Of a stretch of DNA of 32,000 nt, positions 25,901 to 32,000 are shown in pieces. Under the pieces are notes generated by a model, which was given only the letters and a program-made list of their open reading frames with translations, was not told the origin of the DNA and did no database searches. The translations under genes and the position numbers were made by a program. How positions within the stretch are numbered: position 1 is the stretch's first letter; every line of letters starts with the position of its first letter. Location of the stretch: contig OY970071.1 of the NCBI GenBank assembly GCA_963705375.1, forward strand, positions 900,001 through 932,000. Direction: 5' to 3'. Source of the DNA: Candidatus Saccharimonadota bacterium (lineage in GTDB: Archaea > Micrarchaeota > Micrarchaeia > Micrarchaeales > Micrarchaeaceae).

Positions 25901-26953
25901 TTATTGCTGCTCTTTTGCACCTTCGAACGTGATGTGCGTGGTGTATGCTTCGAATCCTTGGGATTTCAGTGCCTTTATCACACGTGCAGCTTCATTTTCG
26001 CTGCCGACAAGCGCCACTGCCATGCCCCCCCCTCCGCCACCACAAAGTTTTGCACCATAGGCGCCGTTTAATGTTGCTATGGAAACTGCAGTGTCTATTC
26101 TTGAAGAAGACACTCCTAATTTTGCAAGAAGGTCCTGATTTCTTGACATCTGCCTTCCAAGTTCGTTCAGGTCCCCTCTTTTCAACGCCTCTGTGCCTTT
26201 TTCAACACAGTCATCTATGTTCTTCAGGATATCTGCCGTGCTTTTGGTGTCTCTGTTGTATAAATCCCTTACTTTCTTAACCATCTCTGCGGTCGATGGC
26301 TTAGGGCCCGTATCTATTATTACAAAGTTTGCAGGAGTCGTGATGTTTTCTTTTGTCACCCCTTCTGCCGATGTGAACTTCGCAAATCCACCAAAGTATA
26401 TGGGCCCAACATCTATTCTTCCTGCAGTCTCCGACCTGTGCACTATTCTGTCACCGTCTCTTATGATGTCTATTGCTGTTCTGTCATCAAGCTTCTTTCC
26501 CGAAGCTTTCACTAGCGCCATTGTGAATGCTGCAGAGCATACTGCGCTGCTTGCATAACCTTTCTGGAACGGAACATCAGACCTAACAACGACTTTTTTG
26601 CCAATGGCTGAAATTCCCTGCTCTGCAAACAATCTAGCTGCGATAGTTGCGTATGGCAGCATCTCCTTTCCAATACTTTTCTCATTATTCTCTATGTATG
26701 CCGCAATCGAATCCGGTTTGGTGATGTCTCTTGTCCCATACTCTTTGTAGAGCTCTTTCAATGTCTGCTCATCCAATGAGCTCGAGCGATTAAGGTCTTG
26801 CAGCACCACTTCTAGCTTATCAGAATCAGTGCTGCTTATCTTTGCAGTGGCAAAAAGCGCTATTGCGGCAGATAGGCTAGGCCCTCCATAAACAACAGAA
26901 TGTTCGCCTCCTATCTTGATGTTTGCCGGCGCTTTCACTTCCAGATCTTTCAT
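25901..26953 (-). CDS. mvk: Mevalonate kinase (GHMP kinase)
   Basis: The N-terminal APANIKIGGEHSVVYGGPSLSAAI, GHMP motif 2 PFQKGYASSAV and motif 3 KLCGGGGGG support the call. The ATG at 26953 follows the track's TTG at 26956. Confidence 0.8.
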   Translation of the reverse strand: MKDLEVKAPANIKIGGEHSVVYGGPSLSAAIALFATAKISSTDSDKLEVVLQDLNRSSSLDEQTLKELYKEYGTRDITKPDSIAAYIENNEKSIGKEMLPYATIAARLFAEQGISAIGKKVVVRSDVPFQKGYASSAVCSAAFTMALVKASGKKLDDRTAIDIIRDGDRIVHRSETAGRIDVGPIYFGGFAKFTSAEGVTKENITTPANFVIIDTGPKPSTAEMVKKVRDLYNRDTKSTADILKNIDDCVEKGTEALKRGDLNELGRQMSRNQDLLAKLGVSSSRIDTAVSIATLNGAYGAKLCGGGGGGMAVALVGSENEAARVIKALKSQGFEAYTTHITFEGAKEQQ

Positions 26954-27094
26954 CAAATCATCCCTACTCTATATCCCAAGCATTAATACCTTCATGCATA
27001 TTCGTCATTTAACAAACACATATCAACCCTTTTAATCCTAAAAAACCAAGCATCTTTATCATTAACTAAATCAACTGTTTGTGGCTGATGTTTA

Positions 27095-28168
27095 ATGGAG
27101 AATGTTGTTACCTACCGCGGCACGCCAAACATAGCGCTGGTGAAGTACTGGGGCAAAAGAGAAGAAAAGCTCATTCTGCCCTGCAATTCGTCGATAAGCC
27201 TTACACTTAAGGGCGAAACGACTGCAGTCAAAGGTGCTCCGTTCAATCTTTACACAAAGGCAAGCGTGTTGTTCTCGGAAAAGCTTGCTGAGGACATATT
27301 CTACATAAATGGCAAGAAGCAGGATCTGAACGACAAGGATGTGGCCGAAAGATTCTATGTTATGAACCAGCTGAGGTCACGCGCAGGCAACAAGTCGCAC
27401 GTTCTGGTTGTGTCTGAGAATTCGTTTCCGACTGCAAGCGGTCTGGCTTCGAGCGCTTCTGGAATAGCTACGCTGATATATGCCGTTTCCAAGGCACTTG
27501 GCCTGAGCCTTTCAGAAAAGGAGCTTTCAATAGTTGCGAGGCAGGGAAGCGGGAGCGCATGTAGAAGTGTAATGGGGGGCATTGTAAAATGGGAGAAAGG
27601 TGTCATGGCTGACGGTTCTGACTCATTTGCGCATCAGCTTTATCCTGCAAGTTACTGGTCTGATCTAAAAGACATAATTGTGATCGTTTCAAGCGCCAAG
27701 AAGAAAGTGTCATCGAGGGCCGGCATGGCTCAGACCGTAAAGACAAGTCCCTTGTATGTGGCGAGGCAAGAAGTCGTGGATAAGCACATAGCAAGCGTTG
27801 AAGATGCATTAAAGAAAAAAGATCTATCCGGGCTTGCAGAGGTCGTGATGAAGGAGAGCAACAACATGCATGCTACGCTGCTCGACACCACCCCTCCGAT
27901 ACTGTATCTGGACGACAATTCAAGAGCAGTAATCTATGCTGTAGAAGAGCTAAACAAGAACGAGGGCAAAGTGATTGCAGGCTATACCTTTGATGCTGGT
28001 GCCAACGCGCACATCATAACCGTCGAAGAGAACGTCACGAAAGTGATAGACTGGATAAAGGGCATCGAAGGAATCGAGGTGATTGTTGTTGCAGGTGTTG
28101 GCAATGGCCCTGAACTACTGGGCGATGACGAATCGCTGATAGATGTTCTGAAACTCTCTTCAAAATAA
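27095..28168 (+). CDS. mvaD: Diphosphomevalonate decarboxylase family protein (MDD/PMD family; substrate not determinable)
   Basis: NIALVKYWGKREEKLILPCNSSISLTL and FPTASGLASSASG are hallmark MDD-family motifs. Confidence 0.85.
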   Translation: MENVVTYRGTPNIALVKYWGKREEKLILPCNSSISLTLKGETTAVKGAPFNLYTKASVLFSEKLAEDIFYINGKKQDLNDKDVAERFYVMNQLRSRAGNKSHVLVVSENSFPTASGLASSASGIATLIYAVSKALGLSLSEKELSIVARQGSGSACRSVMGGIVKWEKGVMADGSDSFAHQLYPASYWSDLKDIIVIVSSAKKKVSSRAGMAQTVKTSPLYVARQEVVDKHIASVEDALKKKDLSGLAEVVMKESNNMHATLLDTTPPILYLDDNSRAVIYAVEELNKNEGKVIAGYTFDAGANAHIITVEENVTKVIDWIKGIEGIEVIVVAGVGNGPELLGDDESLIDVLKLSSK

Positions 28169-28184
28169 TGTTCTAGGTAGTAAC

Positions 28185-29318
28185 ATGGGATTCGATACAA
28201 ACGCACGTGCCCCTGGAAAGATACTCTGGATTGGCGGGTACTCTGTGCTTGACAAGCCCAAAATCTCTTACGTGACATCTGTCACCGCTTATGTCAATGC
28301 GCGTGCGCAAGAGATGATTGGCAACAGCGTCGAATTTGTTGCACCTCAACTCAATTGCTACGTGAAGGGCACAATCGACTTAGCTTCTGGAAAGATAACT
28401 TCAGAGGTTCCTAAAGAGCTTGTGTTGATGAAGACTGCGGTAGAGGTGGCATCTCGTTTCATTTCAGCGCTCGGAATTAGGCTAAACGGCTTTAGGGTTA
28501 TTACAAACAGCGACGGCCCTTTCTCTTACACAGTTACTGAGGGTAAAGTCGCAAAGAGCGGTCTAGGGAGCAGTGCAGCAGTCACTGTTGCTACGATAAA
28601 CGCATTGCTCAAGGCTTTTGAAGTGGATCCAAAAAAGGACGATGCTCTTCACAAGCTTGCACAGTCTGCGCACAGCATTGCCACTGGAAAGGTCGGCAGC
28701 GGATTCGACATAGCGGCGGCAACACACGGAAGCATACTATACAAGCGGCATTCTCCTGAGATCGTGCAATCCCTTCCTGCAGACTATGCGAATTCACAAC
28801 TTCTCGAGCTGATAAAAAGAGAATGGGATTATTCCATAGAGTCTTTCCAGATGCCCGGAGAATTCAGGCTCTCGTTCGCAAACTTTGTTGACGAGTCGAT
28901 GATAACAACAAAAGCTGTGGGCAGCGTGTCCGATTTCAAGAGGAAAGATCCAGAAACGTATGATAAGTTAGCTAAAGTCTTAAACGCTGAAAACGAAAAG
29001 GCTGTGAATGCCCTTAAGGAGATTAAGAATGGTGACCGGAGTGCTTACGAAGAATTCAAGGCTGCGTTCGACAGCGGAAGAGCCCTGACGAAGCTGCTTG
29101 GGGACCTTAGCAATACATGCGTGGAACCCGACGAATGCACATCTTTGATAGAAGAAAGCAAGAAGCATGGTGCTTTCGTGGCAAAGCTTCCGGGTGCAGG
29201 AGGCAAGGATGCGATATCCGCGTTGACGCTTGATTTCGATTCCAAGAGGCGCCTTGAGCGGTTCTGGAAGTCCCGACATGAGCTAAAATTGCAGGATGTA
29301 AGCATCGCTGCATTATGA
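28185..29318 (+). CDS. Phosphomevalonate kinase, ERG8/GHMP type
   Basis: APGKILWIGGYSVLDKP at the N-terminus, KSGLGSSAAVTVA (GHMP motif 2) and KLPGAGGKDA (motif 3) are present. It starts 17 nt after the MDD-family gene. Confidence 0.75.
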   Translation: MGFDTNARAPGKILWIGGYSVLDKPKISYVTSVTAYVNARAQEMIGNSVEFVAPQLNCYVKGTIDLASGKITSEVPKELVLMKTAVEVASRFISALGIRLNGFRVITNSDGPFSYTVTEGKVAKSGLGSSAAVTVATINALLKAFEVDPKKDDALHKLAQSAHSIATGKVGSGFDIAAATHGSILYKRHSPEIVQSLPADYANSQLLELIKREWDYSIESFQMPGEFRLSFANFVDESMITTKAVGSVSDFKRKDPETYDKLAKVLNAENEKAVNALKEIKNGDRSAYEEFKAAFDSGRALTKLLGDLSNTCVEPDECTSLIEESKKHGAFVAKLPGAGGKDAISALTLDFDSKRRLERFWKSRHELKLQDVSIAAL

Positions 29319-29442
29319 TGCTTTAGAGCCGAGCACAAGAAACCCTTAAATACTTTCTTTAGGTTAAAGTAGATGGCAGGCGCTTGCTTCAAGTGCTATC
29401 TAGCTGATTTGCGGATTGCCTGCTTTAACTTCGTGTGTTACT

Positions 29443-29793
29443 ATGAAGAAGCTCAACGTAGAGAGGAGAGACATAAAGGAGTGGCTCGAAGTCGTCGGCA
29501 AGGTGCCGAGGGACAAGCGGAAGCCATTCTACAACAGGGTGTACGCGCTTGTGGCAGTGCCTTCAAGGAAAAGGGCGAGCGTCGACCTCTACAAGATAAG
29601 CATGCACACAAAGGAGGGCGACAACGTCATAGTGCCAGGCAAAGTGCTCGGCATGGGTCAAATGAATCATAGCGTTAATATTGCAGCCATTTCATTCTCG
29701 GCATCTGCTCTCAAAAGCCTCAAGGCCGCGAACTGCAAAATAATGAGCATCAAGGACATGCTCGGCATGAGCAAGCCTCACATACTGGTGTGA
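29443..29793 (+). CDS. rpl18e: 50S ribosomal protein L18e
   Basis: 116 aa. KRKPFYNRVYALVAVPSRKRASVDLYKI...VIVPGKVLG fits L18e, as does the position ahead of L13-S9-RpoN. The ATG at 29443 is preferred over the TTG at 29416. Confidence 0.8.
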   Translation: MKKLNVERRDIKEWLEVVGKVPRDKRKPFYNRVYALVAVPSRKRASVDLYKISMHTKEGDNVIVPGKVLGMGQMNHSVNIAAISFSASALKSLKAANCKIMSIKDMLGMSKPHILV

Positions 29794-29797
29794 TCAA

Positions 29798-30244
29798 ATG
29801 CGAGAACTCAATCCATCATGTTTGGTTTATGACGCGAAGGGCAAGATCCTTGGCAGGCTTGCAAGCACTATCGCAAGGGATCTGCTTGCCGGCAAGGACG
29901 TCGCAGTGATAAACGCGGAGAACGCGATAATCATCGGAAGCAGAGACTCGATAGTCAAGAAGTATACTACAAGGATAAACCTTCAGGAGAAGCAGAATCC
30001 GGAATTCTCGCCATACTGGCCGAGAAGGCCTGACATGCTCTTGAAGCGCGCAGTACGCGGAATGCTGCCCTATGCAAAGACAAGAGGCAGGACTGCGTAC
30101 AGGAAGCTTACAGTCTTCATTGGAACGCCCGCGGGGCTTGCAAAGGTAAAGCCAATAGAGATAAAAACAAAGGATGCTAATGCTATATACATGCCCCACA
30201 TGACCATGAGGGAGCTTTCGCAATCGCTAGGATATGGTCGATGA
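29798..30244 (+). CDS. rpl13: 50S ribosomal protein L13 (uL13)
   Basis: YDAKGKILGRLASTIARDLLAGKDVAVINAENAIIIG is the conserved L13 N-terminal signature. Confidence 0.9.
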   Translation: MRELNPSCLVYDAKGKILGRLASTIARDLLAGKDVAVINAENAIIIGSRDSIVKKYTTRINLQEKQNPEFSPYWPRRPDMLLKRAVRGMLPYAKTRGRTAYRKLTVFIGTPAGLAKVKPIEIKTKDANAIYMPHMTMRELSQSLGYGR

Positions 30245-30803
30245 TTATATGGTAGACGCAGCAACAACAACGCCAATGCAAGTGCAAGAGGCCGCGCCTG
30301 CGGCAGCAGCACAGACCAAGACTCCGGCGAGACGGTCCCGGGCTGGTGCGGCTGTGTCAGGAGCTCCAAAAAGGAGGCCATCAAAAAAGGCGGCAGAGCG
30401 GATTGTCTTCGTGAAGAGCAGGCGAAAGAACGCTATAGCTCGGGCTTCTGTTAGGAAAGGCACAGGCGTTGTACGATTCAACAGATTTGACATATCGACG
30501 ATGGAGCCGGTGGAGCTCAGAAAGCTCATACTTGAATCTTTGCACATATCAAGCATAACAGAAGATTTTGCAAAGGGCGTTGACATATACTTGAACGTGC
30601 GCGGCGGAGGCCAGAGCGGTCAGGCTCAGGCTGCAAGAAGCGCCGTGGCAAAAGGAATTTCCGAGTTTGCAGACGGAGACACAATACGCTCCATCTGCGC
30701 GCAGTACGACAGGTTCCTTCTTGTCGACGATCCTAGAAGGGTCGAGCCGAAGAAGTTCAAGGGCCCGAAGGCAAGAGCGAGGTTCCAGAAATCTTATAGA
30801 TGA
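30234..30803 (+). CDS. rps9: 30S ribosomal protein S9 (uS9) with a ~55-aa Ala/Pro/basic N-terminal extension
   Basis: The core SRRKNAIARASVRKGTGVVRFN ... GGGQSGQAQAARSAVAKG ... DPRRVEPKKFKGPKARARFQKSYR is canonical S9. No in-frame ATG lies closer to the conserved core. Confidence 0.88.
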   Translation: MVDDYMVDAATTTPMQVQEAAPAAAAQTKTPARRSRAGAAVSGAPKRRPSKKAAERIVFVKSRRKNAIARASVRKGTGVVRFNRFDISTMEPVELRKLILESLHISSITEDFAKGVDIYLNVRGGGQSGQAQAARSAVAKGISEFADGDTIRSICAQYDRFLLVDDPRRVEPKKFKGPKARARFQKSYR

Positions 30804-30807
30804 TACT

Positions 30808-31008
30808 ATGATGATGCCAGTCAGGTGCTTCAGCTGCGGTGCTGTAATTGCGGACAAGTGGGACGAGTACGACAGGCGCGTGAGCAAGGAGCACGAGTCT
30901 GCAGAGAAGGTGCTCGACGAGCTTGGAGTGAAGCGGTATTGCTGTAGGCGCATGTTTATAAGCAACATAGAGCTTATAGACGAATTCATGCAGTTTGGTA
31001 GAGTATGA
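30808..31008 (+). CDS. rpoN: DNA-directed RNA polymerase subunit N (Rpo10)
   Basis: 66 aa: MMMPVRCFSCGAVIADKW..Y........LDELGVKRYCCRRMF. The zinc-binding CxxC...CC pattern of RpoN/RPB10 is present. It is the internal start of track ORF 30667..31008. Confidence 0.88.
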   Translation: MMMPVRCFSCGAVIADKWDEYDRRVSKEHESAEKVLDELGVKRYCCRRMFISNIELIDEFMQFGRV

Positions 31009-31012
31009 TGAC

Positions 31013-31121
31013 GGGGTCGTCTGCTAGTTTGGTAGGCTTTCAGCATGGGGTGCTGAAGACCCGAGCGATGAAATATTCCGGGAATTCAAAAACAAAAGGC
31101 CTGAAAATCTCGGCGGCCCCA
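31013..31121 (+). tRNA. Candidate tRNA-Pro(GGG) with an interrupted T-arm (non-canonical intron?); structure incomplete
   Basis: The acceptor GGGGTCG (31013-19) pairs with CGGCCCC (31114-20), followed by discriminator A. The anticodon stem is TCAGC/GCTGA with loop ATGGGGT (GGG at 31047-49). The D loop is AGTTTGGTA, but the D stem pairs poorly. CCGAG (31061-65) and CTCGG (31109-13) could form a T stem but enclose 43 nt instead of 7. Confidence 0.4.
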
Positions 31122-31156
31122 GATGCTTTATGAAGTGAAAAATGTAGGATGGTATT

Positions 31157-31786
31157 ATGGCAGAAGAGCAACTCTTGGCAAATCAGGAAGATTATCGCGA
31201 TGCTGGCGTGCATTTCGCTACTAAAGTGAAGAGCCCCGGCATGAAGAAGTTCATCTACCGCGTCAGGAATGACGGCTTATATCTGCTTGGAATCAAGACG
31301 ATAGATGCCAGGATTGCTGTTGCAGCGAAATTCATAGCCAGGTACGCGCCTGGCGACGTTGTCGCGACGGCTTCAAGGATCTACGCCATCGCGCCTGCGC
31401 AGAAATTCGCAGAGCTCATAGGCGCTAAGTTCGTAAAGGGGAGGGTCGTGCCGGGAGTGTTCACGAACCCGAACAGGTCCGACTTCATAGAGCCGAAGCT
31501 ATTGTTCATCAGCGACTCGAGGAACGAGAAGCAGGCCGTGAAGGAAGCCACCAAGGTCAACATACCGATAATAGCTCTCTGCGACACAGACAACTCCACG
31601 AAATTCATAGACCTGGTAATACCTGCGAACAACCACGGCCGGAGGTCCCTTGCTTTCGTGTACTACCTGTTAGCTAGGGAAATTCTGAAAGCCAGAGGTG
31701 CGATATCTTCAAATGAAGAATTCAAGTACTCTGTGGATGACTTCGAAACCAAGGTTGACGCTAGGCAGATGGCTCCACAGGAGTAA
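31157..31786 (+). CDS. rps2: 30S ribosomal protein S2 (uS2)
   Basis: 209 aa. AGVHFATKVKSPGMKKFIY..R.DGLYLL...KT, ...PIIALCDTDN...IDLVIPANN match archaeal S2. Confidence 0.9.
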   Translation: MAEEQLLANQEDYRDAGVHFATKVKSPGMKKFIYRVRNDGLYLLGIKTIDARIAVAAKFIARYAPGDVVATASRIYAIAPAQKFAELIGAKFVKGRVVPGVFTNPNRSDFIEPKLLFISDSRNEKQAVKEATKVNIPIIALCDTDNSTKFIDLVIPANNHGRRSLAFVYYLLAREILKARGAISSNEEFKYSVDDFETKVDARQMAPQE

Positions 31787-31819
31787 ACCGCACGCCTCTT
31801 TCTCTTTTCTGTTTCTCTT

Positions 31820-32000
31820 TCAGATGCCTATGTAGACGAACGTAGCGGTAATGAAAACAAGTATGGATGCTGCCATGGCAACAAGGCTTATGTTCCTCGC
31901 ACTATCGAAGAATTCCCTTGATGGCCTGCCCAGGTATCCGAGCGCGACGTAAAGCAAGGCCGCATCAACAAGAAGTATCGGTATCAGGTACACCGCGTTG
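31820..32000 (-). CDS. C-terminal part of a membrane protein; gene continues beyond the window
   Basis: My manual translation of the minus strand is open from 32000 to the TGA at 31822-31820. It reads ...NAVYLIPILLVDAALLYVALGYLGRPSREFFDSARNISLVAMAASILVFITATFVYIGI*, which is hydrophobic. It is absent from the ORF track because its start lies outside the window. Confidence 0.45.
   Translation of the reverse strand, partial: NAVYLIPILLVDAALLYVALGYLGRPSREFFDSARNISLVAMAASILVFITATFVYIGI

Noticed and set aside
29373-29672. Arg/Gln-rich 99-aa ORF upstream of and overlapping L18e; also the antisense ORFs 30549..31046 and 30245..30586
   Set aside because: They are out of frame or antisense to well-supported ribosomal protein and RpoN genes. 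Their low-complexity translations are typical of GC-richer shadow frames.
31005-31056. ATGATGA (31005-31011) plus CTGA (31053-31056) as the C and D' boxes of a C/D sRNA spanning the rpoN stop
   Set aside because: The spacing between the boxes is ~41 nt, far longer than the ~12-nt guide spacing of archaeal C/D sRNAs. The CTGA is part of the candidate tRNA anticodon stem, so this is probably coincidental.

Overview
Archaeal chromosomal segment; the lineage cannot be determined by eye. Housekeeping genes flank one large insertion. On the left are MetAP, a replicative family-B DNA polymerase, a Wzx-like flippase, a GT2 glycosyltransferase, LigT/ThpR and RNAP subunit D. On the right are a HAD hydrolase, a three-gene GHMP-type mevalonate cluster, L18e-L13-S9-RpoN and S2. 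The main feature is a ~14.9-kb insertion at the 3' end of tRNA-Leu(GAG), spanning 8728-23622, with every structural hallmark of a casposon (Cas1-dependent self-synthesizing transposon). It has an 18-bp direct repeat of the target, long imperfect terminal inverted repeats built from reiterated TCCATTTCA units, a Cas1 casposase with a C-terminal HTH, a divergent family-B DNA polymerase and an HNH nuclease. About 9.5 kb of cargo separates cas1 from polB. This cargo holds a mod-res Type III restriction-modification pair preceded by a nuclease/DUF4268-like gene. It also holds an uncharacterised two-gene module: a 373-aa wHTH-like protein plus a 591-aa protein with a C-terminal PD-(D/E)XK-like nuclease core. 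I consider that module the best candidate for an undescribed defence system. The element is compositionally mosaic. No CRISPR array, cas2 or rRNA is present. Secondary observations are a classical-type MVK/MDD/PMK cluster in an archaeon, a candidate tRNA-Pro(GGG) whose T-arm is interrupted by an insert carrying C/D-box-like motifs, and an Ala/Pro-rich N-terminal extension on S9. All functional calls come from motif recognition by eye, and no database searches were run.
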